This document shows positions 36,729 through 48,739 of a stretch of 64,000 bases of DNA, piece by piece. Origin of the DNA: Patellaria atrata CBS 101060 (taxonomy: Eukaryota); NCBI GenBank assembly GCA_010093705.1, contig MU006090.1:2224022-2288021 (forward strand). The letters are read 5' to 3'. Under the pieces are notes generated by a model. The model was not told the DNA's origin. It did no database searches and saw only the letters and a program-made list of their open reading frames with translations. The position numbers and the translations under genes are program-made. How positions within the stretch are numbered: position 1 is the stretch's first letter; the number at the start of each line of letters is the position of its first letter.

Positions 36729-38557
36729 TTGACCAGCAACGACACGCTCCTCAATTGCCAAGCCTCTGAACAATTACACGCAGCTGCAGACGTCCTTTCC
36801 CGAGTACCTCTATCTAAATCCTTCACCTTGTCGCAGACACGAGACTCAAGTCGCGGCTCGTCCGTATCAGTCACTCATTTAAGTTCTCGCCCGCATAGCT
36901 ACGAACGTGAAACACTCGATCCTCTCTTTCTCGCAACCGCAGCTGAATCTGCGTCGTCTTCCCACGTATTCACCAGCGTTGACTCGGCTTCACCTCCTCC
37001 ATTCTCCTCCCTTTACTTCCCCCCTAAGGATTTAGGTAGTGCACCGCACAATCTAGTCGTCACAGGCTGTGGTACCGACACTTTACCTGCTTTTGCGCCA
37101 GCTCCCCCGTTTACGGAATCGTCTTCTGCAACCGCAGCAGCAGTCGCAGAAACCAAGGCGGCTCTCCCTCAAGATACAAAAGACGGATCGTCAAGTAAAG
37201 ACTTAGACGACGGAGAACCACCACCGCCGTACACCGAAGGCTCTAGTCCGTTAGAATCCTTTACATACGTCATGGCAACTGCGGGAGGACCTGCAAGCAT
37301 TATCACGCAAGTTCAACAGGGAGGAGCCCAACCCATAAACTCTCTTGCCGGTAGGATCATATCAATTAGCGAGCATGTTAAATAGGGTCTCGTTCTAACA
37401 TCTTAACTTAGGTGGCGTTGATGAGAACATAACTCTCGATCTACGGTAATATTCCACTGCGGAAGTTCCAACCTTGCATGGCTAATGATCACAGCGGCAC
37501 TCGATTTACTCTATCTCGAGATGAACTCCTCACTCTTCCGGAGTTCGTATTACTCTCGTTATTTCCCAACGGTTTGCTCCCGGATGGCCATATGAATTCA
37601 TACCACGACGGGGATGTGTACCCCGTAGATGTTAGTACTGATCCAATTACCCATACCCCCGATAATTTCAATCCCCCTTCGGCTATCACACTCATTCGTG
37701 TTACATTATCCAACTCTTCATTATACTTATCTGACACACTATTTTCTTCCCAGTATGACCCCAATTCGCTGCAATACATGCTGGAATTCTTCCGCAATGT
37801 AGCCCAAACCATCCCTAATTCACCCCCGTCTCCATCCCAGGATCAGGGTCACGGGGAAGCCGTCCCAATTGAACCCATGCACGGTTCTGCAAGGGATATG
37901 CTCCAGGACCGAGCTGGCATCATCGTGCTCCGGGAGGATCTTGACTTCTATGCCATACCTCCAAGAAGAGACATTGAGCAGACGGAAATGATCGAAGTGA
38001 AGCGTGCGGCGGGTAAAGCGCTTCTACGGCAAGATGGGATTTTCTCCGGGCTAAGAAAAAGCGAGGAGCCGGGGACGACTGAGCAACACTTGATAGAGAT
38101 GTTGACAGCTGGGTAAGGGAATTCCTATCTGATAAGAGAAGAGAGTGCAGAGCACATGTGGCTAATCTATTACCGCTCCAGAGGCTTCAATCATGATGAT
38201 TCTTGGGGTCATCGTGCAGGCGAACCGAACAAAGCTGTCATTTGCAGCATTGCACTAGCTCGGCTACGAACGGACATCAAGGGGAACGACCTCGCCAACA
38301 GCAACGCAGTTGGGATGGCCCAAAAATTGCTACTCTTCTGGCGCAAGCCTGCAAGAAGGTGTTGGTGGGAAGGTGTAGAGTTGGATAATGTGGAGGGAGT
38401 AGAGGGCAAACTGAAAGTCTGGATCAGGAGAGTTTGGACGCTTGAGATGGTGAGTTTTACAAAGGAATCCCTTTCTCTCTTGAGATTCCCTCCGTCACGA
38501 GGAAGAAAAGAGCACGGACTGATACTTTACCCGCAGAGCGTTATCGGCTTGCGTTAG
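36729..38557 (+). CDS. WHI2: Whi2-like stress/nutrient regulator (BTB-like); first in-frame ATG at 37272 with an open upstream extension
   Basis: SIITQVQQGG, LRGTRFTLSRDELLTLPEFVLLSLFPNG, IIVLREDLDFY, KLLLFWRKPARRCWW and KVWIRRVWTLEMSVIGLR. Introns 37351-37411, about 37446-37494, 37631-37753, about 38113-38181 and 38450-38536. Confidence 0.88.
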
Positions 38558-39420
38558 CCACCTAAGCCGACTTGACCCTGCTCCGTTCCACTCATTCCTT
38601 ACAGCTCCAGCTGTTCTTTCATGTCCAATGTCGCCGTTTCGACCTTAACCTTACCCCGAGTACAATATCCAAATAAGCGTTTTTGTATTTCGACCGGTGC
38701 GGTTTTTCTTGATTCATTTTGGCATCAGTATGCGTGCATACCAAAATCACCATCGATTTGTCTTTCGATATGTCCTTTTTCCCAATACCGGTTTTCCTAT
38801 ATACCTTTCTTCAGTAGCGGGCGTTTTGTGGGGGTATCATTTCCAGTCTTGGTGGACAGAGGAAAGGAAAGGTAGATAAATGTAAACAGTAACCGGGGCA
38901 GATTTCGAGCAGGCTAAGATACTTACCTACTAATATTCGATTTACTTGCTCAGTCTATCATTTCAATACAAATAATATTCTGTACTATACTGTACTGTGC
39001 AGTAGTACAGTACACGAGTTGACAAAGGTACCGTATTCGTGCACCTTGGGTTAAAGTTCTTTCCACCTTAGGTTGCTCCCCATCCTAAGTGATCACGTGG
39101 TGATTCTTCCAATTCGGTTGCCTCGTCGGAATCCGTTGTGTTCGAAATATTCGAAATGACAGGGATATTAACAGGAAGGCTCAACCCAAGGGGGAAATGT
39201 CTAATTTGGGGAGGTGCAGTTTGACCAGGGGTTGAATACCGAAGGAGGCGTGCGCAAGAAAATCCCAGAAAATTCCCCACCTCACACTGGACGTCTCAAC
39301 GCATAAAATCTTCCTCGCCCCTCATCCGTCTACCTTTTACCTTACGCTTTTCTTTCCCTACATTTACTTCTAATCTAAGGTATTCAATTGCTCCCATATC
39401 CTCTGGAAACCCTTTTCACA

Positions 39421-40989
39421 ATGAGTGCCCCAGCCGGAAAATTCAAGGTCGCTGATATCAGCTTGGCTGCCTTTGGCCGCCGCGAGATTGAGCTCGCTGA
39501 AAATGAAATGCCAGGTCTCATGGCCACCCGCAGCAAGTATGCCGAAGAGCAGCCATTGAAAGGTGCTAGAATAGCTGGTTGCTTGCACATGAGTACGCAT
39601 TCGTCCATTTTCTAGCAAAAGTCTCTTCTAACCATCACTTCGTGTAGCCATCCAAACCGCAGTCCTCATCGAGACCCTGAAGGCTCTTGGTGCTGAGCTC
39701 ACCTGGACAAGTTGCAATATCTTCTCCACACAGGATCATGCTGCTGCCGCTATTGCCGCGGGAGGCACGCCTGTGTATGTAAACATCTTGAATAATTTCG
39801 ACCACACTTTGCTGATTTCCATGCCAGCTTTGCCTGGAAAGGCGAAACCGAAGAGGAGTATCAGTGGTGTTTGGAGCAACAGCTCACGGCCTTCAAAGAT
39901 GGCAAGCACTTAAATCTCATCCTCGATGACGGTGGTGATCTTACGTCTTTGGTCCACACCAAATACCCCGAGATGCTCAAGGACTGCTATGGCGTATCAG
40001 AGGAGACGACAACGGGCGTACACCACCTATACAGAATGTTGAAGGATAAGGGCAAGCCGCACGGTCTCCTCGTTCCTGCCATTAACGTCAATGATTCTGT
40101 CACAAAATCGAAGTTTGACAATCTATACGGCTGCCGCGAGTCCCTTGTTGACGGGATCAAGCGTGCCACCGACGTTATGATCGCTGGTAAGGTTGCTGTT
40201 GTCGCAGGTTACGGTGATGTCGGAAAGGGATGCGCGCAGGCTCTTCACTCTATGGGTGCCCGTGTTATCGTGACCGAAATTGATCCCATCAATGCACTTC
40301 AAGCTGCCGTCTCCGGCTACCAGGTCACCACCATGGAGGAGGCTGCCCCTATTGGACAGATCTTCGTCACCACAACAGGCTGCAGAGATATTCTCGTCGG
40401 GAAGCACTTCGAGGTCATGAAGAATGATGCCATTGTTTGTAGTATGTGTAATGCGTCTCGATCCCTTACCAGTGCTGACTTTGCTTAGACATTGGCCATT
40501 TCGATATCGAAATCGACGTAGCATGGTTGAAGGCGAACGCTAAGAGCGTCCAGAGCATTAAACCTCAAGTCGACAGATTCCTCATGCCCAGTGGCCGTCA
40601 CATTATCCTGCTTGCTGAGGGTCGTCTCGTCAATCTTGGTTGTGCCACTGGCCACTCGTCATTCGTCATGTCTTGCTCCTTCACCAACCAAGTCCTTGCG
40701 CAGATCATGCTGTATAAGGCTGAGGATGAAGCGTTCGGAAACAAGTATATCGAATTCGGCAAGACTGGCAAGCTCGACGTTGGCGTCTACGTTCTTCCAA
40801 AGATCCTTGATGAGCAGGTTGCCCTGCTACATCTTGAGCACGTCAACGCCAAGTTAACGAAACTAACAGAAGCACAAGCAGAGTACACCGGTCTACCGAT
40901 TGAAGGTCCTTTCAAGAGCGATATGTGAGTGACGTTATCCCGCTTCGAGTGAGAACGAAACTAATATCCATTGCAGGTATCGCTATTAG
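39421..40989 (+). CDS. SAH1: S-adenosyl-L-homocysteine hydrolase
   Basis: [59 protein letters not shown] and [12 protein letters not shown]. Four introns; ends FKSDMYRY with TAG at 40987-40989. Confidence 0.97.
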
Positions 40990-41928
40990 ATGCGTATTCG
41001 GTCCACATATCCGTTTCTCATGTTCAACATAAAAGAAGCATTATGATACCACAAAAGTTTGTTCTGTCCTTCAACGGCATATTTTCAAATGGAGTCTTGC
41101 ATATCCTATAACGCAGCGCGTTCTTTCAACATGGACGGGAAAGGTTTAACTTCAAAGGAGTTTCAAGGCGTTATGCGAAAAGATGTGATGATTAATCTGA
41201 CGACGGCTCTGCTGATGGGACCGAATCATGATTTAAGAGTTTTAGTAGGCTTTTCAACCACAGCCGTAGCATGATAAGTGTGGATTTTGCATAGATGAAT
41301 GAATAACACCATAGGTTACGATGAAACATAGAGTAGTGAAATAAGATCACTGTTCGTGTCTACGATAGACTGTTACTCTTTCCAAGTGAAAGTGGATATC
41401 CTCAGCCTTGTGACTTTGATTGTTCTCTAGCGCAGTCAACCCCGAAATCTTAGTTCTGAAGGTTCGTCATAGTCTTTTAAGAAATTTTAACATACACGCC
41501 CAACTCATATGAGAGAGTAGAAATCCCGTACCTGTATCTATCAGCTTCCTCAGCATATATCAACGGCTTTAGTTTGAGGAATCTCTAGGTTGGACCCGCC
41601 TATTTCGAAATCGTTCTCGCGCTTTATCTTTGCTCAAGGTACGAGAGATCTATCTCATGCAAGATATAGACCCAAGAACCCTCGTGAATAGAACTAAGCC
41701 AGATAGCCTCTCTAAACCCAATAACCCACCATGGAAAAACTTCTGAAAGATTTTTCTTTCTTCACTCGTTTGCCCCCTGGGCCCGCGGCTGATATATGAA
41801 GAGGCATGATAGCCCGGTTTTCGAATTCGATTCTGGGAGGATTTGAGGGTCTCGAGAGCGTTCGAGCGTGGTTTATTATGGTGGGATGGATGGACGACCG
41901 CACTTTCGTCATTGTTGATGAACTTCCC

Positions 41929-41966
41929 TTTTTTTTTTTTTTCTTTTTTTTTTTTATATATATTTA
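41929..41966 (+). repeat. Poly-T / TA low-complexity tract
   Basis: About 27 nt of nearly pure T followed by atatatattt, between the 3' ends of SAH1 and SLD3. Confidence 0.75.
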
Positions 41967-42363
41967 GAAACTGGGTTGGAATCGTTGATCGTGGGGTAAC
42001 AAAGTGCATATTGAGATATTGAGAGCTAAGAGGGTTTCAACAATCTTCTAGCACAGGACAGGTTCATCTTGAAGTGGGTCTTACGGAGCTACTCGATGTC
42101 ATTGCTAATTCTGACACCTAAAGATACAGTATAAACTATCAACCGAATGCCAAAGACTCCCTTAGTCCTGAACGAGTAACACCAGCAACATCATCCTTCC
42201 CTTCTAAATCCTACAACAAACCCCATAAGTATAAAATGAAACATACGATTGCCACGTGTACCCGCGCTATGCAAACCGCACCCGAACTCCACAAATGCCC
42301 ATTCCCCGCAAACTATGCAATAATCCTTTAGCGCCCTAAATACAGGACATGATGTACGAGATA

Positions 42364-45254
42364 CTAAAGCAAACCGCCATTATCATCGTCCCAGCCTAAA
42401 GTCTTGAATATGTCACCATCATCTGCATCTGCACCCCCAACATCGGAGGGTATTCCCGCTGCGAAGCCCTTGCTCTCAGGAGTCTCCACGATATCTACAA
42501 TCTTCTTTGACTTTGGCGTTGCGGCAAAGGCAACAGAAGACGCCATCGCTACCGTCGTCTTTCGGATAAAAGAAGGAGAAGATGGGTGTTCTATTACCCT
42601 ACGACGCTTCGACGGGGTCTGATCCACTGCTGTTATGTTTGCGCTATTGTCACCTCGTAGCTGTGTGAAGTGCACCGTCTTGGACAATCGACGAGACGGA
42701 GTCTCTTGAACCGATGGGTTGGTCTCACTAGCAAGAGTTCGCAATGCCCTTAGGGGACGTATATCAGTCTCCAAAGAAGTTGACGGGCGAACTGCGGAAT
42801 TCTGTATGCGAACATCATCTGAGGATGGAGCATGGCCATATCCCGAATCTCCCAACGAAGCCCGATGAGGAGTCTGCTGAACGAGCTTGGTGATTTTCTT
42901 GACTCGCCTGGGGGTTGCAGTGACCTGAACTCTGTCGAACAATTTTCGAGTGGTCGTGGTCGGCTCTGCGGGATTGTTAGACATTCATTCAGATATGGAT
43001 AAGGACGGGATGAATGGCGTACTTCTCGAACGGTGCGAAGCAGCTTGATTGCGCTGATCAGCCGAATCAGCCAGCTCTTTAACCGCCATGTCCCGATTCG
43101 GTTTTTTGAGCGTCGAGATCGCATGCTTGAGCTCCTCTTCTATCGCAGCTTTCCGCTTGAGCTTGGCTTCCGTAGCTGCGGATATCGCACTGAAGTCGAC
43201 TTCCTGCCGACTCATCCGACTGTATTGAGCCATTGCACCTCTGCTTCCAGACTTGATCTGGGAGTCGTAAAATGGGATGGTGGAAAGCGGAACCTCGCTG
43301 CTTTCACGTTTGAGGTCGGGTAGCACGACAGGGTCTGTTGCAGATCGAGATAGAATCGGTTGCCACGGTTGAGTCTTGTTGGCTGTATCGGTAGCGATTC
43401 GTTGCAAAGGACGCCGTGGGTTTTTGGATCCCCCATTCCTTACTTCTACTTCTCCAGGTGCTCGGGAGGCAGATGTTTTGGTCGACGGACGTTTGACCGG
43501 CGAAGCCGCGCTGGGACCGCCCATCTTTCGATTGATCATTGTTCCTTGTTCAGGTAACCGTGACATGTAGCTGGTACGTCGTTAATAGGTCGGATTGAGT
43601 GAGTTCTGTTGAGTATACACCTACAAGGGTATGATAACTTCAACACAAAAGTTTCTTAGTCGGTCATTTGTTCTCTCCTCTGACGTCGAGGACACTACTC
43701 CTCCGGCGTCAAGGGCAGCGGAAGATTTCCCTGCAGTATGTAGGCATCCCTCACTTTCATCAACTGACTGCCAGATGCAGAGTTTATCGACGAGAATATC
43801 TAAGATTAAGTTAAGATCTTGGGGCCTTTTCGCCCTCTTCTTTCGAGAAGTGCTCGCTTCGGTTACACCTTGTGTCTGGGTTTTAGTATTAGCCTCTTGT
43901 ACTTGTGTATTTGATGCCTGAAACGATGGGGAAGCCTCGAGAGCTAGGATTTCAAGTATGATGATTAACTGCGCTAAAGTCTCTCTGAATCGCAGTTCGG
44001 CGAGACGGTTCTTTGCAAACTGTTCCCCCGAAGACGGATCCTGGGTATATGAGAGGGTTAACTCTTTGGAAAACCACCATCTTTTAACATACTCATCCTC
44101 TGAGGGAAGTAACCCATCTTTGTCCGATTTAATCTTCTTGGCTTTCTTCTTTTTCTTCATACCTACAGGCGAGATCGCATTTTCATTCTCCGATAAAACC
44201 AGCAGAGGTAACTCTTTTATCATGCCGGGAAGTTTTTCTCTGTATTTCTTTTCCATTATCGTCAGCGGCAAAGTGATTGATCGTAGAAACTCAGTTAGCT
44301 GAGGTAACGCTAGTGATGACAATGAGGATCCGTGATCAGAGGAAAAAGCTGCCCGTGCTCGCGATAATGGGCCTTTTGCAAAATACGCTAACGAAGTCTT
44401 GGAAGTGTAGATAGCCTCTAGATACTGGGATACGACGTTTTCGAAAACTTGCTCGGCTCTCAACTGAGGTTCCATCAGATTGGACGGGTCTTGCACATAT
44501 CTGACCCCAGGTGGAGCACTCGTCAAGGTGTAGCCTGGGGTGCTATGCGTGAGGGTATCAACAATGGGCTGGATTAACGATTGTCCCATTGACACACGGG
44601 GCCTCTTTGCCGGTGGCTGTTCCGACTTTTCAATCCTCGTCATCACTGCTCGTTTCCACCATTGACTGGCGGTTTCAACACCCACATTTCTCGGTCCAAC
44701 CAAGTTTGAGGTAATATCCGTGTCCCCACTTAACATCTCAGATATCACTCTTTCCGTTACCTGGGTTGCAAGTTTGCAAAGCGCATACGTGGCACATCTG
44801 ATCCGCTCAATGGCATAAAATCTGTTATCAATATCCGCCCTTGCCACTAATATTCGCACCCCGGAAGACGACGTATCTTCGACATCGTCGGATGGCTCAA
44901 GGGCATCGATGTAGGCGGTGAAGAGTGCGGGTAGAGACGGACAGTTATGCGATTGAACGCTTATGAATGAAAGAGGGACTTGAGAGCGGTAAAGTATGGC
45001 GACTGACGTTAGAGTAAAGGGCGTTTTATGAATAGATGATAGGCATGGCTGAGGAGGTACAGTACAAATTAGCGATGGTAGGGTTGAAGTCAGGATAATA
45101 GTACCTCTATGATGAAAGTTTTGCTCAAAGAATCCTGAACGCACGCATGTTCTCGTTTTCGTTTCCTTGTAGAAGTTGTCTCTACTGTCGTCCCGTCCCG
45201 TCCGGACTTACTGTGTACGCGGTCGTTTATCTGGACATTGTTCATGTAGGGCAT
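42364..45254 (-). CDS. SLD3: DNA replication regulator Sld3
   Basis: YLEAIYTSKTSLAYFAKGPLSRAR, RETLAQLIIILEILALE, LVDKLCIWQS, LRNFCVEVIIPFYMSRLP and AISTLKKPNR, with many S/T-P sites in the C-terminus. Introns about 45049-45105, 43571-43624 and 42966-43022. Start at 45254 or 45245. Confidence 0.85.
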
Positions 45255-45870
45255 AGTACTTTAGCAATAAGATAAGATAATCGTATACGGAGTCATGATT
45301 CGTAATAAACGTTGAGAGTAATAGACAATGGAGGTTAAAGAGATATGCAAAGACGCTGACGGGAGGTGTTGGTTCGCGTGTCGGAGCTAATGTACAAAAT
45401 CCCTTGACGCGCTGGGCGCGACAACCTGACGTCTTCCATTCACCTCTCAACCCCAACTATAGAATCAGACCTCAAGAATTTATAGTACCCTTCACTACAT
45501 TGCAAGATTGACTCCTGGAGTTCACCAATAGCCATATTAATCACGAATGATGCTTCTTCACATGTAATACAACTACAAGACCCGTAAAATTCATCATTCA
45601 TAATCATGTGCTGAAATACATATCCTGATCCGCCTCTAGACTGCAATGCCATCATTTCAGAAAGCATGGAGCAAGCAAAAGTATACACACTGGTCCATGA
45701 TTCATCCCATCGTTCATCTTTTATTCATGACTCGCCAAAAGAAAAGGTGTTAAAGTAACAGGTCCGTGATCATAAACCCTTTCCACTCGTCGACCTAACA
45801 ATAAACACCCACCCCCTGTAAAGGAAACCGTGAGGAAAGAAAAGGAGAAACCTAGTTATGGAAGAAAGGG

Positions 45871-47568
45871 TTAATATCTGCCCGGTGGAGCACCCATGGG
45901 AGGTGGTGGTAGTTGCCCGCCCACACCGCCGTAAGGGTTCGCATCGGCGTACGTTGACGGACCGCCTCCGAACGATTGAGCTGGATAACCACCATACGGA
46001 TTAGCAGGACCATTCATCATCATCATCATGGGTTGTTGTCTGGCCTCGCGCTCCCGCCTTTCCCTCTCCTTCTTCCTCTTGCGTCTCCTCTTTTCTAGAT
46101 CCTGCACTTCGTGTCGCTGCTCATTCATCTCTTTCCACTCGCCGAACGCACTCTTAATTCCTAGAGCTGCGATCCCGATCGCAGCGGCATCCTGCAACAT
46201 ATTCTTTGTCTTCGCCTTACGAGCTTCCTCGGGCGAGATCTCTCCTTCTGAAAGCAACTTGCGACGCTTTTCCGACGCGACCATAGAGCCATAAACACCA
46301 TGTGCCGCATGGACGGTTGCAACAGTGGCCAGGCCAGCAGTGAGAAGTTCCTTACCTCGCATTTTCCGTCTTCGCATCTCTATGTCTGTGGTAGACTCTG
46401 AGCTAGAACTGTTACTCCGTTTCTTGTCAGCTGCGGCTACGGCGCCAGCACCAGCGGCTGTACCTACACCTCCGCCGATATCACGGCTGGGGCCATCATA
46501 TTCCGTGTCAGGGCCTGACCGGGGACGATCGTAACGACGACCGCGGGAAGGAACGAAACTGTCGACACTGGAATCTCTGCTGTGGGAACGACGTCGAGAC
46601 TTGGATCGGTAGCGACTATAGAGAGCTTTGCCTGCGGCTGCGATAGCGCCAGCTCCTGCAAGCTTCCCAAGCCCGCCACCACCGCTAGAAGAGCTTGAGC
46701 GAGACCGACCTCGGGATTTAGAACGACCGAAAATGGATCGAGAACGGGATCGTGACCTGGACCGTCCGCGACTGCGTGATTGTGAACGACTGCCGTTCGC
46801 GATGCGGTTGGCGGCCAGACCACCGATAACGGATTCGGCAAGATGTCGCTTGCTCTTCTTGTTGGGATCTCTGTCCACCAAACCGTCGATCCCGGCGGCA
46901 CCGAGTGCAGCGGTTGCAATACGTGTACCTTTCTCGCCAGTCCACGGCCCAGGCTCTTTGCGACTTCTAAAGGCTTCCACAGCACCTGCGACAAGTGCTG
47001 CTTGAGCAGCTTGTTGCCATTTGCGTTCCGTGCGAGCGCCATGGCCTCGGTCACGGCTACGGTCACGGTCAGAATAGTCGTCATCATGACGGCCGCCTCC
47101 TCGGTGACGCGAGTGACTCCTGCTGCGGTTTTTGCCGATAATCGCGCCAGCAACGCCTCCTAGCCCGAGGTCTTCCAAAACCTCTCCGACCTTGGACTTG
47201 CGACGTTCCTTATGGCGAGGACGATCATAGTAGTCGGAATGGTAACCGTCTCTGTCATCGTATCGATTGTGGGGTCCGCGAGTAGAGCCAGCGAAGTCAG
47301 AGTAGCCGTCATCGTAGTAATCGCGTCGACCGACAGAGCGAGTGCGAGCTGGTCCACCGTATCCAGAGCGACGATAGTCAGCGCCTGGAGGTGGGAAGTC
47401 TCTTGGAATGTCTTCGATACTGTCTTCGCGGGGCCGATAGGCGAGATCTTGCGGTGGTCTTCCGGTACCTCGCTCGACGTATGTAGTTTCTACGTATTCT
47501 GGTTCCCTGTCTCGCGCGCGCGTTGATCTATAGCGCCTTGGAGGGTTGTCGTAGCCGTATTCTGACAT
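45871..47568 (-). CDS. Arg/Ser/Gly-rich DUF3824-like protein
   Basis: Single 565-aa ORF with WQQAAQAALVAGAVEAFR..GPWTGEKG, LLTAGLATVATVHAAH and LQDAAAIGIAALGIKSAFGEWKEM blocks plus RS repeats. Confidence 0.75.
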   Translation of the reverse strand: MSEYGYDNPPRRYRSTRARDREPEYVETTYVERGTGRPPQDLAYRPREDSIEDIPRDFPPPGADYRRSGYGGPARTRSVGRRDYYDDGYSDFAGSTRGPHNRYDDRDGYHSDYYDRPRHKERRKSKVGEVLEDLGLGGVAGAIIGKNRSRSHSRHRGGGRHDDDYSDRDRSRDRGHGARTERKWQQAAQAALVAGAVEAFRSRKEPGPWTGEKGTRIATAALGAAGIDGLVDRDPNKKSKRHLAESVIGGLAANRIANGSRSQSRSRGRSRSRSRSRSIFGRSKSRGRSRSSSSSGGGGLGKLAGAGAIAAAGKALYSRYRSKSRRRSHSRDSSVDSFVPSRGRRYDRPRSGPDTEYDGPSRDIGGGVGTAAGAGAVAAADKKRSNSSSSESTTDIEMRRRKMRGKELLTAGLATVATVHAAHGVYGSMVASEKRRKLLSEGEISPEEARKAKTKNMLQDAAAIGIAALGIKSAFGEWKEMNEQRHEVQDLEKRRRKRKKERERREREARQQPMMMMMNGPANPYGGYPAQSFGGGPSTYADANPYGGVGGQLPPPPMGAPPGRY

Positions 47569-48739
47569 GATCGCAATGCGGCCCCGACGAAGTCGATCCG
47601 GTAGATACTTTGGATGACAGATGCCGATCTTAAGCCTTCGCGTAAAATAATCTTTGGAGTTCTGTGTTTCTCAAAAAATACCGTCAGATGAGTGTAATTG
47701 TAAGAGTGTGGATTGTTCGTGATTTGTCTCTCCTTGTAGTGGGGGGGGGGGGTGACGAAAGGAGTGGAGGGGTAGAGGGTAGAAGGCCGGAAAGGATGGA
47801 GGGGGGTTTTCAACACTCACTTCCTAGGGTTGTGTTCGCTTCAGAGCAATCAGGTGATGACTGATGCTGAGCTGCGCAGCTGGACAAGCCGGTGGGGTGA
47901 TGAAATTTGAGGGAACAATAAGAGTGCAGGAAAATGAAAGGGAAGAGAAAAGGGTTGTAGGAGGGTAAGGAAGGCTGTTCGTTTTCGAGAGGGCGAAATC
48001 AAGATATTTATTTGTCGGGAGGGTAAGGTAGGTATGATGTAGGGACAGAGGTTGATACCTGGAAGTCTGGGCAAGAAAGTCCCGTCCTGCCTTGCGCTTG
48101 AATCGGGGCGTAGATGCTTGGTGGGTGGTCAAGCAAAGAGTTCTGAAACCTAACTAGGCTGGATGAACCGGTCAAACCGTAAGAGATGTAGGAAGTAGTA
48201 GTTATGCTGGATATGTCGTGTCAAGCTGAAAGGAGGTGGTGAGTGCGATGGTGATGATGAAGATGACAGAGAGAGATGGATGGAAGAGTTGAAGATATGG
48301 GAGGAGAAAGACGTAACGAAAGAACTCTGCCAACGTGTAAGTCAAGGTATGAGGTACTTCCAGATGAACCCAGATTTATGTTACTATTCGAGTACCTTGT
48401 ACAACTCATGTGGTGAAGTGGCGGCACTTGCGGGGTGCTTTACGGGCGCTTCGGGGGGGCTCAGGTTGCGGTGAGGTTTGCCGGCCGGTGACATACCTCA
48501 GGCGGGCACGGCGGGATAGCATACCGTATGAATACGTCATCAAGTGGAAATTTCACGCTAATATGAAGTGGGATAGATTCCTTGGCAACACTGGCTGAAG
48601 CACGTGATACAATTCTTTTTCTCGGCTAGCGTAGAATTCTAATCGACTTCATCTCATCAGACTTGCTATTAAATTGTGTCTGCTGACTGAAAAATCATCA
48701 TATCGTACAAAATAAACAATGCTGTATCTATACCACTTT

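Noticed and set aside
41627..42030. Poly-A/T tract as a possible retroelement tail
   Set aside because: No target-site duplication, pol III boxes or RT remnants seen.
45465..45598. Minus-strand ATGATGA...CTGA pair resembling a C/D snoRNA
   Set aside because: No terminal stem or recognisable rRNA guide, and it lies in a probable 3' UTR.
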